Made by a program: the position numbers and the translations under genes. From contig NC_133617.1 in assembly GCF_048593235.1 (NCBI RefSeq), forward strand, positions 400,214,067-400,278,066: a DNA stretch of 64,000 nt, written 5' to 3'. The DNA is from Sminthopsis crassicaudata. Lineage: Eukaryota. Under the pieces are notes generated by a model that searched no databases, was not told the DNA's origin, and saw only the letters and a program-made list of their open reading frames with translations. Shown here one piece after another: positions 1-13,295 of the stretch; positions within the stretch are counted from its first letter, which is position 1, and every line of letters begins with the position of its first letter.

Positions 1-59
1 CTCTTACTTTTCTTCCACAGCTAAACTTTTTAAAAGAAGAATCTGCCTTCATTGCCTCT

Positions 60-470
60 ACTTCCTTACCACCCACATACTCCTCCAAGCCTTGCAGTAT
101 GGCTCTCAGCCTTGCAACTCCATGGCAATTGTATTCTCTAAGATTGCTAATGACCTCCTCCTAGTCACCAAAATCCAGTGGTCCTTATTCTCCTAAAACT
201 TTTTGCAGTAGTTGATGCTATTAAATATCCCTATCTTCTTAGAACTCTCACTTCCCTTAGCTTCCGTGCCATTATATACTCCTGGGCATTAGTTGGCCAG
301 CCTCTTCTTCCCTGGCTCCTTACTTTTCACATTTACTAAATAATGACTCCTCTGTCACTGGTCCTCTCCTTTTCTGGCTCTCCACACAATCTCTCTAGGA
401 GTGCTCATTCACTATCACAATTTCGGCTTTCAATTCTATATATATATCAAATCCGTGTCTCTACCCCTGA
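60..470 (+). mobile_element. L2 LINE relic, reverse-transcriptase region
   Basis: Degenerate match to the L2 RT coding stretch (aagattgctaatgacctcctccta...gcagtagttgatgctatt...cttcccttagcttccgtg), which resembles KVTNDLLLAK...AFDTVDH...SLGFRD; many stops and indels. Confidence 0.7.
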
Positions 471-695
471 GTTTTATTCTTTTTATGAGATCATCAGATC
501 ATAGGTGTAGAGCTTATGGAGATTTTAGTTACTACATGATTTACATCTCCTCCCAGCCCCCATTTTGCTGACCAGGAAATAGTCTATGAATCAATCAATT
601 AGTCAGCATTTGTTAGGTGCTAAGAGTCAGGTAAGACAGAAGTGAAATAGTTTCTGTTCCCAAGGAGCTTAAAATCTATTAAGGGAGTCATTTTG

Positions 696-828
696 NNNNN
701 NNNNNNNNNNNNNNNNNNNNNNNNNNNNNNNNNNNNNNNNNNNNNNNNNNNNNNNNNNNNNNNNNNNNNNNNNNNNNNNNNNNNNNNNNNNNNNNNNNNN
801 NNNNNNNNNNNNNNNNNNNNNNNNNNNN
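696..828. other. Assembly gap (N-run)
   Basis: Run of n. Other gaps are at 17912-18306, 27052-27203 and 60277-60472. Confidence 1.
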
Positions 829-963
829 AGGAATGAAAACAACACAATATATGTTTATGCACATGTACAGATATCTATATGCATATAACATACAAATATA
901 TAAATAACATATATGTATATATATATATAATTTGCATATATAATAGCACATTTTCTTCAACTA

Positions 964-964
<1 letters not shown>

Positions 965-1010
<46 letters not shown>
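965..1010. repeat. (TATC)n microsatellite next to TA-rich low complexity
   Basis: Read directly from the sequence. Confidence 0.95.
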
Positions 1011-1161
1011 ATCTATATATCTGATTTAGGAAGTTATATGAGAGCTCTCACCTGTGTTTATGACACTACAGTTGTGAGCTAGGGAGAAAAAGAGAGAAAA
1101 CCCCAGAAGTTTTCCTTTAAAGACCAAGGACTTCTCAAAGATAGATTAATATAGGCCACTA

Positions 1162-2030
1162 AGGGCTGCTATGTAGCATAGTGGATGGAGCACTACCCTT
1201 GGAGCTAGGAAGACTCAAGTTCAAATTCTGTCTCAGGCATTTTAGTAGCTATATAACTATAGGCAACTCATTTTGTCCACTTGACCTTCCTCATCTGTAA
1301 ATTGGGATTCATTACATACAGCATTGATGAGAATTAGGTAAGAGATACCTAAATGAAATTAGGGTTAATTGAGGTCTAGTGGCAGGTTCAGGGTACAGGG
1401 AGTCAAATAGAGCTTCGCTTCAACCCCTTTGGATTCCGTGCAAGGATATGGAGTTAAATGAGGTCTAGTAGCAGCACAAGAGTCCCCTGTAAAGGAATTT
1501 ACATACCCAAAAACCTAGATTAATAAAAGAAGTTTATTGTGGGGTTTGGAAGTAAGGTTGGAAGGTAGAAGACACCAGGGCCAGGGCTGGCACCTGGTGG
1601 GCCAGGACCCTTGACATAGCCAGCGTAAGGATGCCATATTTGGGGCTCCTGCAAAGAGTGGACTCCAGTTTACCTCTTTTATAATGGGGGGGATTTTGGT
1701 AATCTTGAATCTGTGGGTGGAGTCCCAGGTTGGCTCCTGGCTAGGTTTCAGCCAGGGTTAGAATTTGAATAAAATTCAATGGGTTTTTAGAAAAGGGACT
1801 GTTTGTGCTAGGGGTGGGGGGTTGGGGAAACCTGAGCAGATCATTAGAATGGGGGCTGAGACAGCCCAAGTTAGCTCAGATCTGATGGGGAAGAGCTCCG
1901 GATATCTCCCATTGAAATTCATGGGGGCTGGGAATTAGGAAGGAATCTCAACCCACATCAGCATCTTCCAGGATTGTTGTAAAATTCAAATGAGATAATA
2001 TAAGTAAAATGCTTTGTAAACCTAAAAACA
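1162..2030 (+). mobile_element. MIR/CORE-SINE split by the LTR (pieces 1162-1324 and 1965-2030)
   Basis: tRNA-like head and CORE (gttcaaattctgtctcag...tcctcatctgtaaa) on the left. The MIR tail (cttccaggattgttgtaaaattcaaatgagataat) resumes after the LTR. Confidence 0.8.
1325..1960 (-). mobile_element. Solo LTR of an endogenous retrovirus (ERV1-like by TSD length), 636 bp
   Basis: Termini TGATG...CATCA; 4-bp TSD GCAT at 1321-1324 and 1961-1964; minus-strand TATA-like ATTATAAAA (about 1677-1685) followed by AATAAA (about 1533-1538); it interrupts a MIR cleanly. Confidence 0.85.
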
Positions 2031-2712
2031 TGTTACTTGTTACTTTCCTAAGACTCTGCATTCTGCTTCCTGATCAAATGTGATCCCTGGCTTAGAACTT
2101 TGCTCTAGCAATTAAAAAAAAAATCTCTTCAGGCCACTGAATTTTGAAATCCAGACATCAATCTAGTTTGTCTCCTTTACCTTCAGATATGCATCCAAGT
2201 CCCAAATCTATTCCACAGTAAGGATTGCTAATGCCTGGGGATTGTGTACCTCAATCCAGCTTTAGCTAGGCTATGACAACAATCTTTAATTCTTCCTTCT
2301 TTCTCTCCCTGTTATCACATTAAATCAATTGCTAAGCCCTGTATATATTATTTTTATAGTATCTCTCAAATCCATCCTCTCTTCTCCCAGGGCCAAGTCA
2401 GCAGTTTACTTTTATCCAAATACTCTATGCTCTAATCAAACTGGACTACTTGGCTCCTTAAACATGCCATATGCTTTCCTACTTCTGCATATGTACTTAT
2501 AAGATTCTCTATGCCTGGAATATACATATATGGCTTTACCCTTTTTGCTTGTTGAATTCCTACCTATCCTTTGAAATACAGCTTATGTATCTCCTCCATG
2601 TTCTTCCTTGTTAACAATACTCTTCCCCTTGAACTCCATATAACACTTATTTTGCACTGACTTAATGTACAAATCATTTATTATTGTATATCAAATTACT
2701 TATGTATGTATA

Positions 2713-2953
2713 CTGAAGCTAAAACCTAGAGGCTTTAAACACATACTGAGAAGACAGGACTCATTGGAAAAGATCATGCTATTGGGAAAGACTGAATACA
2801 AAAAGGAAAGAGGACAGCAGAGGTTGAGATGTAGTATCCTGGAGGCAACAATCATAAGTTTGGATAAATTTCAGGAAATGGTGGAGGATAGAAAAGGGCC
2901 TGACATGCTATGGTTCATGGGGTCATGAAAAGTCAGAAATGACTGAACAACAG
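2713..2953 (+). mobile_element. RTE (BovB-like clade) LINE 3' end
   Basis: ORF-track peptide FKHILRRQDSLEKIMLLGKTEYKKERGQQRLR...DKFQEMVEDRK resembles the RTE ORF C-terminus; followed by an RTE-type tail (gtcagaaatgactgaacaac). Confidence 0.85.
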
Positions 2954-4740
2954 CATATGCATCTCTTTATCTAACTATATATTTTTAATGTTATGGTCTA
3001 TAAACTCTGTTAATAAATGAATAGCCCTTATTCAACTCTTAAATTATCTCCAATGCCTAATAGAGTGTTTGACACATAGTAGATGCTTAATCAATATTAA
3101 ATAAATTATCAATTATTAAGAATTTGTTGAGCAATTAATATTTCTTTAGTTATTTAAATCTGATTTTATTTGTATAAAAAGTTTTATATAATTTTGTTCG
3201 TATAAATACTGGATTTGTTTTGGTAGTTATACTTGCAGATATTTTATTTAAGCACCTACTATGTGCTGAGCACTGTTTTAGACATTGAGAATACATAGGC
3301 AAAAATGAAAAAGTCTCTACCCTCAACGAACTTAACATTCTATAGAAGAGAGTGGAAGAAATAGCTGTTAAATGATTGTGAATGACTCACCCTTTTACCT
3401 TATAAAACCCATCTTCTGTCCTGACTATAATATGAAAACTGTTTTATGGAAGATCACTGAGTATATTAACTTGCTGTGTGACTGTGGACAAGTCATTTGC
3501 CCTCTCAGGAACGCCTTCCTAAATTGTAAAATGAATGAGTTGGACTAGATGAGGTTGAAGATCTCTTCCAGCACTTACATTATGACTGAAGGACATTGCA
3601 ATCCATCAGTGGGAACAATGTATATAGATAACAATGTTATATGAATTTTGGACCAGGGATACATGGAAGGCAAATACATATGAATCATATGTGGCCAAGG
3701 AATATACACAGAGAGCTACATATCAGGAATCACACACACATAAGGGATATATGTAGCTGAGCACTTATATCCAGGCAACTTAAACCACTAATATTATTAT
3801 TATCATTTTGGTTTCTGCTGATTTCTGTTGGGTGAATCTTCTCTGCTGAACAGGTCTCTGTTCTGGGTAAGGCAGAGTAATATGGTGGAAAAAATACTGG
3901 ATTGAAAGTTGAGACCTTAGTTTGAATTCCAGTTCTGTGAAAATTTAGACAAGTCACTTCCTCTTTCTTAGTCTGTTTCCCTATCTGGAAAAGGACTGGG
4001 GCGAATTCTCAAGTCCTTTCCAGCTCTAAATCTAGGATGCTTTTATCCTATGGATGCTATATCTCTGAGCATTTCTACTGGTGTATCACTTGCTAAGCTT
4101 CTCTCCACTATCATTGTAGGGGCCATCTGATGGCTATCTCAGCCCCTGTCTGCTAAGATGGAATGACTTGAAAACTTTTTCCTGATAAGAAGAGACTGGC
4201 ATTTCTTTTAGTTCAGTTAATATTATGTTGCCCAACTATAAGCAACTGAACAAAAGCTAGGTTGACTACTTAATTCTGGGCCTATCTGTGTTAAATAGTC
4301 TGGTACTGGGTAAAGTCAGTTGTCCCAGAATATTATTTGAAAAAAGGGATATGAATTCCTTGTAATCCTAGTTTAACTCCTTGTGGGGAACCTGTTGAAA
4401 TCCATTTCAAAGAACTCTGCCAATTCAGAAATCCTATAGGAGACGAGTGGCTATTCTCTCTGACAATGTAGTCTACTTATTGATGCTACCCTGTCCATTA
4501 CAACTCTTGTCCACATCTTTCTATAAGAGCATCTAGTCTAGAATGAGACTTAGGAAAATTAATTTAACTGAATGTATTTCAGAGTTGGGGCTTTTGAAGA
4601 TTTATTCCCAAGAACAGTAGGGTTCCTGTGTCAGAAGTCATTGCCTAAATATAGGTTTATTTCTCTTTCCCCAGCCTTCTCTGACAAAAGGTTTCCAGAA
4701 GCCAGAAATTCAGAGAAAGAATGTTGGATTAGGAGAAGAC

Positions 4741-4945
4741 CTTAGAACAAAGAATATAGAATGTCACAGCTGGAAAGGCACATAGAATACAAACTATTAA
4801 AAGGAACTTTATAAAACAAAGCATAAAATGTTGGAACTCTAAGTACAGAGAAGAAAGAATGTCAGAGTTAGAAGGGAACTTGAATTTCAAACCTTGAACC
4901 TAGAATATTAAAATTCAAAGAGACATTAGAGATTATTTAGTTCTT
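4741..4945 (+). repeat. Degenerate tandem array of tagaa-rich units (agaatgtcagagctggaagggac-like), derived from MIR3/CR1 tails
   Basis: Recurrent agaatgtcacagctggaaagg and agaatgtcagagttagaaggg units; similar arrays at 57960-58440 (+) and 58860-58960 (-). Confidence 0.6.
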
Positions 4946-5844
4946 CCAGAAAAATCTCCTTGGGAATACCAGTTTCATGTCTGGTTTTTCCATTAAAGAA
5001 CATTTTCCCCCTCATAAAGCCAAATATACTTCCTTTGTACCAGAAAGAAAAAGTGCTAAAAATTCAAAATGTAATGAATTTGCACTACTTTCATGATTGC
5101 TATTGGCTGGATTGGAAAGGGGATGGAGGAGGGAAGAGGGAGTCAGTATTAATTCCTCTACCTCTGCCTCTCTCCACCTTTTTCTTCGCTCCCTCCCCCA
5201 ACTCCTGTGTTGTTGAAACTAAACTTGTCTTTTAATGTTTGGACCCTAAAACAAACTGTAAACTGGGACTGAAGCAGCTGACTTGTCCTTTCTTGACCAG
5301 ACAAAAGCTGTTTAGTCCTTAACCTTTAAAGAAGAGAACATTCTAAGTATAAATATCTCCTTTCAATCATTTGCAAATTACTTTACATTAAATTTCTTTC
5401 CTTGCCCAGCAGCACTCTGTCTTTCCTTCACAAATATGTCGACATGCCCACTCTTACACCTTCACACAGTCTCCATAGTAATTCCTTGTTAAAGGTTTTT
5501 CACTCTAAGCTGAGGATGGGGGTGGACAAGAACTCAGATGCTCCTATAATCCTCCCCAGTTAAGAGTGAAAATGCCAGGGGAATATTCAATTCAACAACA
5601 ACAAAAAATTCAACATAGATTTATGGAGGGCCTAGAGAAATTGTAATGGTACTTCACTTTTGGAAATTACTTTAGTTGGGCAAGAATTTTCAAATGCATT
5701 TGGTCTAAAGTCAAATGACTTGAACTTAAGGCCCAGTTTTATTACTTACTATTTTCGCTGTTGGACAAGATATTCACCTTTTTCCAACTGAATTTCCTTA
5801 CCTAAAAATGAGAATAATAAAATTTGCATCCATAGGATGATTCT

Positions 5845-6070
5845 TTTTTATATATATTTTTTCAACAAACAAAAATCTATTTTCTTTCTCTTTCACCTCT
5901 TGGTCCCATATTAGGGACTGAGAAAAGAAAAACAAATCTTTTATAGTAAATAAACAGTCTTGCAAAACAGTTTCTCACATTGGCCACATCCAAAAAAAAA
6001 ATGCTTTATTTCATATGCTTTGTCCACCACTTCTCAGGCAGTGGATAGCTTGGGTCATTATTAGTTCAGA
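5845..6070 (-). mobile_element. Old marsupial L1 3' UTR fragment
   Basis: T-rich start followed by reverse-complement L1 3'-UTR-like sequence; a similar fragment lies at about 28590-28880. Confidence 0.5.
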
Positions 6071-7362
6071 GGTAGTTCTATGTGAACCATGAAATAATAT
6101 AAAAATAAGAGCTATTATTGTGATTTGTAATAAATCGTCTCAAGGTTTTTAGAACTGGAAATGACCTTGTGCATGATTTACTGAAATCTAATTCCCTCAG
6201 TTTACATATAAGGAAAATGAGAGAAAGTAAATCATGTGGTTAGTGAGTGAGAGATTTGAAAGGAAAACCCTGTTCTTCTCCTGCTAAGTCTAATGTTCTT
6301 TCTAGAATACTACATTGACCCTCATTTGCATAATACACATACAATAATAAAAAATGAGCCAGAAGACTTTTGGAGTGTTAGCTCATGACTGAGTCCCTCC
6401 TGACCATGCTTCTGACTCCATGGAGTTTCATAAAGTATGATTCAATTGATCTTTCACACTAGAACTTTCTTTAGGGCTTTCTCCCCCTGCCATATATCTT
6501 CCCCATTGGTGAGTTTATTTTGGGGCCTCTATTTTCATTCCCTTCCCCGATTTGTTTCTGACTCTGGATTTTGCTACAATGCTCCATGTGGGTATTCCTC
6601 ATCTCTCTCACTTTTATCTCCTTTTTATGTGTTGTCTATTTCCCATTAGAACTGAGGAAGGCAATGACAAACTACTCTAGTGTCTTTGCCCCAAAACCCA
6701 CAAATGGGGTCAAAAGGAATTGGACATTACTGAGAAACAATGGAACAAACACCAACCACCATTAGAATTTAGACTACTTGTTTGTATTGGTATTCTCGGC
6801 ACTTAATTCAGTGCTTGGCACATAATTAGTGCTTAATCAATGCTCAAGGTCATGTCTTGCCTTTCAAACTCTTGAAAAATCCCTAAGATCATAGGACTTT
6901 AGATCTCAAAGTAATCTTAAAGATCATCTAGTTCAATGCTTTCATTTTATAAATAGAGTAACAGATCCATAAAGAACACTTGCCCTGAAGATAATATAAT
7001 AAGTGGCATAGATAGAATTAATTTCCCTAAATGTGCCTGGGTCCTGATGAAGAAGAATGAGAATTGTGACAAGTAGTGGATTTTTGAATAAGAAAACCCA
7101 AGCTCAGATTCTGGCCTGTCACTTATTAGTTGTGTGAGAATTTCATTTTTCCTTTTCTGAGCCTCATTTAGCTCATCTGTAAAATGGCAGAAGAATACTT
7201 GTGATAGTTGTAGAGTGGTTGTAATCTATTGCTTAGTAGTTTGTACTTGTAATGATGAATTACTTGAAGCTTGGTTTGCTCATGAAGTCATGCTGACTGG
7301 CAAGTTATAGTTAAAAAAGCAGTTTATTCAGACAATTATAGAATTACTCATTCAATTTACAT

Positions 7363-7457
7363 TTAAATGCTCTTTTCTTCCTCGCTAACACCCGCCAAAC
7401 CCAACTTGTACAAATCTAGATTGGCAAGTCCAGAGAGGGTGTCAGTCAGTAGGACTG
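7363..7457 (-). CDS. Candidate terminal coding exon of an unidentified minus-strand transcript (AVLLTDTLSGLANLDLYKLGLAGVSEEEKSI*)
   Basis: Acceptor ctctttttcactgctcccaccag (AG at 7459-7458); open to TAA at 7365-7363; AATAAA at 7328-7323; two retained CpGs. No homolog recognised. Confidence 0.3.
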
Positions 7458-8188
7458 CTGGTGGGAGCAGTGAAAAAGAGTAGATGGAATTGGAGTGGGT
7501 GAAGTTTTCCTTCTTTCTGGGTCTTTCTTTTGAGGCAGAAGAATTGTTTGTCATTTGGAAAATGTGTTTAGGGAAGGGGAAGGGGATAAAGATATTAACA
7601 TATCTTTGGATTAGTGAATTTACCCCTCTGCCCTAGTGGGCACATGGCCTGAAAAGACTTGGAATCTTTGAATCAGAGAGCTTCCATTCATACTCTGGAT
7701 CTACCCAGTCAGTAGCTGTTTGACTTTTTAACAAGTTATTCAAACTTTCTGAGACTCAGTTTCTTCATCTATTAATTGGGGAGGCTGTTATGCTTTTGTG
7801 TGAGAGATTTGGTAAAGTGTTGATAAGTATGGAAGTAATGACTTTATAAAGGGTTCTTTCTTTCTAAAGATTTTCAACATGGATTATAACTTGTTGAATA
7901 TATTTCTGCAGAACAATGGAAAGAGGACCCAATATGGAATCAAAGAGTTTCTCTTCCACTTTCAATCTGACTATGGACCTTCTCTGGGTCTCAATTTTCT
8001 CATCTGTCAGATGAGAGGATTTGACCAGATGACCAATTATAAGTCTATGATTTCATAAAGCTATTGAGGTCTCTTCCAAGTCTGATTTTGTGAAATTTTT
8101 TTTCTATTACTCTTTGATTATCTTGTGATTGTTTCTACCCTAATGTACAGGTAGCTATAGACATAGCAAGGGACATAATAAGGCATAC

Positions 8189-8244
8189 CATGATAAAGAT
8201 TTTGTGACTGATTCCGATGTGTCTTCAACCCACAATTGTCCAGA
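8189..8244 (-). CDS. Candidate 56-nt internal exon (LDNCGLKTHRNQSQNLYH, or SGQLWVEDTSESVTKSLS in another frame)
   Basis: Acceptor tcctctttagctctaacttcttccag and donor ATG|gtatgc; phase-compatible with the 7457 exon across a 731-nt intron. Confidence 0.3.
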
Positions 8245-8349
8245 CTGGAAGAAGTTAGAGCTAAAGAGGACCTTCATTCAGAACCACTTCTGTAGTTCTC
8301 ACTCCCTTGTGGCTGTGCTGTCGATTTTATGGTGATGCTCATTGACTTA

Positions 8350-8960
8350 ATCCACTAATATCACTAAGATGTTGACATTTCTGGGACATTTTGATGCTTC
8401 CCATGGCCATCATCTTTGTTCACTTTTCACCTGGACTATTACAATACCCTTCTAATTGGTTTCCCTGCTTCAAATCTTTTCTCTCTCTAATCCATCCCTT
8501 ATATAGCCACCAAATAAATATTTATAAAATGAAGGTCTGGTCATGTAACTCCTCTGCTCAAGAAGTTCCCGAGGAGCCCTTTGGCCTCCAGGAAAAATAG
8601 AAACTCCTCTATTTGGCAGTAAAAGCCCTTCACAATCTGGTCCCAATCTTTCCAGACTCATACGTTCCTTTCTTTTGAATCTTATATATACCATTCAAAC
8701 CACCCTAATTTCTGTTGCTTTTAAAGACATTCATCTCTCACCTTCCTGCCTTTGTACAGGCTGTCCTGCATACTTGGATTGCATTCTCTCAACAAATTCC
8801 CTTAGCTTCCCTCAACGATCAGTATAAGTGCTTCTTCCTATGAGTTTTCACAAACCTTCCAGCTGCCTCTCTCATGAAATTACTTTGTATTCATTTGCTC
8901 ATTTGTGTACTGTTTCATTTTTGCCTGTATCTCCAGTGTTTGATACATAGTGGATACTTA
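8350..8960 (+). mobile_element. L2 3' region relic
   Basis: cctggactattacaatacccttctaattggtttccctgc...aaagcccttcacaatctgg...ttgtatctccagtg...taaatgcttgttaattg. Other L2 pieces lie at about 10700-11420, 12500-12830 (-), 16430-17040, 22230-22660 (-), 32370-32860 (-), 38190-38710 and 42530-43620 (-). Confidence 0.75.
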
Positions 8961-11689
8961 TAAATGCTTGTTAATTGTCAAAGGAACTAAATATTTGAAA
9001 TTGGTAGTTTTAATAACCTAGGATGTAAAACACTCAGTTACATTTCCTTGCCTTTGAATAAAGGCAAATTGGGGGTAAGGGACAGTTGTAAATCACTTTA
9101 ATAATTAGCAGTTTTAAAAGTATTTTCCCATACATTTCTCTTATTTGATCTTCACGACTCTATGAGATAGGGCAGTGGTAGTTGCAAGACCATTTTGTAG
9201 GTCAGGAAACTGAGTCTTAGAGAAGTTACAAAAGTTGCCCAATGATGTAGTTAGAAAGTGCTAAAGCCTGGACTCCAATACAGAAACTGGAGTCTCCCAC
9301 ACACTAATTTTGCTTCATGTATTACTGGAGGAGGGAGTGGGAAGGGGATGGGATGTCGGGGCCTCTCTGAGTCAGGGATTATATGTTTCTCCATCTATCC
9401 CCCGACCTCCATTAGCTACCTCCAAGGGCCTAAAGGAGTTCCCACTCTCCTTGAGCAACAGAGCTTGGCCAGTGGCCAAAAGCAGCTTTTCTGAAAGAAC
9501 TATTATTTAGAGGTAAAAAAAAAATCTGTCTTCTGAGAATATTTGGCATGAGACCAGAAGAAACAGAAAAGCCAGTGGCAAACCCAGGTCCAGAGACATT
9601 TCTAAGCAGTTCTGTTGAGGTCTCCAATCCAGTTTCCAGGCCAGAGCAGACAATCATCGAATGTTTAAAGGACTCAACCCATATTCACTACCTCCATTGC
9701 TAGGGAGTTTATCCAGAGTGCTGTTAGTGATGGGAATGTCCTATTCAAAAGGTATTCAGAAGTAAGATGGAGGGTTGAGAGTGATGGTCATGGGGATGGA
9801 AATGGGGATAAGGTAGAATTTAATAGCTTGTAAGGATTAAAATAATTCTCCATTCCAGAAACTGAACTTTTCCTCATCTAGCTCAGAGGTTACAAACCTA
9901 ACTCCTGAATGATGGATCTTGTTTTCTGCACATTCCCTGGACTTGGTTAGGATCTGCTTTTTTGCTGAATTCTTGCTGAATTCCATTTGGACACCACTAT
10001 TACTTTAGGCCTCTTCAACTCTTTGACAATTAGTGACTTCCGACCTTAGCTTCCATTTCAGACATCTCTGATTCCTCTGATTCACTGCAAAGATTGAACA
10101 TATTTACTATGATTCAATCCTTAGTTATCCTTCATAGCCTTATCCAGCTCAAGCTGGCTAAAGTTTCTCCCTGGCTGATGCCTTCTCCTCTGTGAACATC
10201 CTCTCCTTGCCCAACCTCATTAGTCAATCAATAAACATTAATAAGTGCTTACTATGTGCCAGGTACAGAACTAAGCCACTGTAAGTCTCATAGGTTGATA
10301 GATGGGAATTTAAAGGAATTGTAGAGGTCATTGAGTACAACCTCACATTATAGATGAGGATTGGCCCAGAAATGTTTCACTACTTCCCTGAGTCACACAG
10401 CTAATAAGTGATTGAGGTAAATTTTGAAATAACCTTCTTTACTCCAAGTGGACTCTATCCACTATACTACACTTCCTCTCATCTACTCCATGACTCTAGC
10501 TTTGGTTACTTGGTTATTCTAGTAAGAACAACAATAAGATCCTCCTTTGGATGGTAGGATAATAGATGTAAAATGGAGAAGGGTTTTCAGAGTGGCTCCC
10601 TTTCATTTGGTGAGGAAACAGGGCGAGAGTTTAGATGACTTGTCCAAAATAGAAAGTGGCAGATCTGAGATTTTAATTCAGAACATGTGACTGCTAAAAC
10701 ATGCTCTCATGAGATCATTGACATCTGTACCTTTCTTTATTCTTTCATTGATACCATTTTAATTTAGACCAATTGCCACAGCCTCTTAACTGCCTCTATT
10801 TGTTCCATGTTCCACTTCATCATTCAAACAGCTGCCAAAATAATCTTTCTAAGACACAGGTCTCTCCTTGTCACTTCTTCACTTAAGAAACTTCAGTAAC
10901 TCCCTTCTTCCTATAGGACAGATTACCAATACTTTGGTCAAGCATTTGAGGTCATTCTTAGCATGATTGCCACTAACCTTTCTCACCTTATTTTCTTATT
11001 TCATGCAATCTACATTCCATCAGATTGGACTAATAGCAGCTTTCCATTCCAATGTACCTCTGTATAATCACAAAGCCATCTCCCTTTTTCTCTTCTATTC
11101 CCTTTGTTCTTATCTCAACCCATTGAAATCCTCAGCTTAGAATATGCATCTACTGTTCTTCCATGAAGATGTCCCCAGTTCTCCTAGCTGAAAACATTTC
11201 TGCCTAACTCAAATTTTTCTAAGGGCATTTGCCTCAACCTCCCTCTTGCTCTTAGCACATTCTATCTTGTGTCTTGTGAACACGTTATATTCCCCTTCTC
11301 CATTCTCCTCCCATTAGACTTAAAGATCCTTGAAATCTAGTATTTCTTTTTTTTATCATTTTGTTATTAGCATGATGCTGGGTACATTGTAGGTGCTTAA
11401 TACATGTTCCTTTAATTTAATTAGGACTCTGAGATTCTATTATTCTAGGACCTTACTGATCTAGACTCCTAGGGTCTTTGATGACTTCTAAAATTCATCT
11501 TAGTAAACAGTACCTACTGTGTGCCAGTTTGGGCATAGTGAATAGAAACCTGGTCTTGAAGCTCAGTTCAAGTCTTGTCTTTAATGAATACTTGCTGTGT
11601 GATCCTTTAACCTCTCAGTGAACTGTGCAACTCTCTAAGATTCTAAGTCTTTCTTTACCTAAGAAGGAAGGAAAGAAGCATTTATTAAG

Positions 11690-11915
11690 CTCCTACTGTG
11701 TGTCAGATGTTGTATTCAGTGCTTTAAAAATATCATTTATTTCTCATAGCAACCTGGGAAGGCAAGTTCTCTTATTACCCCCATTTTACAGTTGAGCAAA
11801 CTGAGGCATATAGATATTAAATGATTTGTCCAAGGTCACTTAGTTAGAAAGTGACTGAGGCTGGATTTGAACTTGGTTTTCCTGACTCCAGACCCTGTGC
11901 TCTATCCACTGATCA
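11690..11915 (-). mobile_element. MIR (one of several dozen MIR/MIR3 copies across the window)
   Basis: cccattttacagttgagcaaactgaggca...aaggtcac...ggatttgaac; same family at about 31270-31510, 45660-45790, 50740-51050 and 62590-62760, among others. Confidence 0.8.
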
Positions 11916-12039
11916 GCACCATAGATCCAGAAATCACACATCCATCTCCCATCCCCTACATATCAGACATTATATCAGCTGCTAAGAATACAATGACAAA
12001 AACATAACAGTCCAGATCCTCAAGGAGCTTACATTATGT

Positions 12040-12480
12040 TGTTATTTGTCCCTCATTCTCAAAGAGGACCATGTTGTCAAGGAGGTAAGCCCATGACACT
12101 CCAGTGAATTTGATTTCAGTGAGGGAGGGTTGTGCAAAGTCATCTGCCTCAGTTTCCCCTCCAGAGCCATCTAAGTCCAGTGGCCAGATGTAGATCAGGA
12201 TTACCAGAGACAGCCTTCAAATTAGTTTGATTGAGGCTGCATCCATTTGGTGATTAAGACTAGGTAGCAATTTAGGCAATGACTTTCCTCTTTGGTCTAG
12301 TCCAAAAAAATCTAAATGAATGAATGAATGAATCCAGGAGGGGAAGATCTTTAGGGTTTCTGGCCAAAGAAGAACTGACTGCTATTTACATTCAATCTGA
12401 GTCAATCAGGAACCTAACAATGGCCAAATGGGGCTTGACCTGGGACCTCTTGGTGGCCAATTAGAGTCAGATTGATTTTG
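12040..12480 (+). mobile_element. Marsupial RTE-mobilised SINE or RTE-related relic (WALLSI-like; family uncertain)
   Basis: ttgtccctcattctcaaagaggaccatg...ctccagagccatctaagtccagtggccagatgtagatcagg resembles the recalled marsupial consensus. Confidence 0.5.
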
Positions 12481-13295
12481 GTCTAGTCCATGTACCTAAT
12501 TAAGTAAATACAAAGCTTATGCAGTATAATATAATGTCATTTCAAGAGGAAAATACTGCTGCTGGATGATGTGATCCAGAAAGGCCTTGCATAGGATAGT
12601 ACATGAGTCTGTGCTTTGAAGGGAATGTAGGGAGTCTTTGGGGCCGAGATGTAGTCATAGGAGAACAGCTGGTAACTGTTAGAGGTGCTGAATGAAGTGC
12701 TTTATACAGGGAATTGCTAATAGGCCAGTTTTATTGAAATAGTGAATTCAAAAAAGGGAGTAATAAGAAATGTTTGGAAAGGTAGGTGAGCTATAATATT
12801 TGGAAGACTTTAAATGCCAGTCCATGTCTGACCAGAAATATACCAATCTACCTACACTGGTTACATTCTTCCTTCACCTCTATTTCCAGCTTTATTTTGG
12901 GGGTAGGAAAGTGTAGTGATATCACACTGAAGCTGGTTGGTGTGTGTTTTAGGTCAGGGGCTTAGATTCAATTCTCTTAACTGATAAAGAGAATCAAATT
13001 CCCCATCTTGCAACTCCTGAGTAGACCAAAGGATAAACCAGGACAGCCTAGTCCAGAAACCACTTAGGACCCAAATCTAAAGTGTAGACTTCAGAGTTTA
13101 GAATTTGGTCCGGAGCTAAGAACCCACTGATCTGAACCTAGAACCAAAGCGCTAGTCAACATTTTCGAGAATAGGGCTAGGGGGAGCGAAGGAGTAAAAG
13201 GAGGATCCCATTGGGGTTCATAGGAAGTTCGTGGTTTATTGTTCTCTGAGTCCAGGGCCTTTGCCCCAAATCTTCTTCTGTTTCTCTTAGAAATA

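Noticed and set aside
620-1082. ORFs spanning N-gaps or TA/TATC repeats (also 17816-18393, 27016-27310, 60232-60484)
   Set aside because: Open only because of Ns or simple repeats.
4367-4407. Minus-strand KWISTGSPQGVKLG, resembling the non-LTR RT motif GVPQGSVLGP
   Set aside because: Short, with no flanking RT motifs recognised; a chance match or an unidentifiable relic.
10045-10084. Possible 40-nt minus-strand exon (ESEESEMSEMEAK)
   Set aside because: The donor AAG|gtcgga is weak, longer versions contain stops in all three frames, and the region may be L2-derived; left out of the exon chain.
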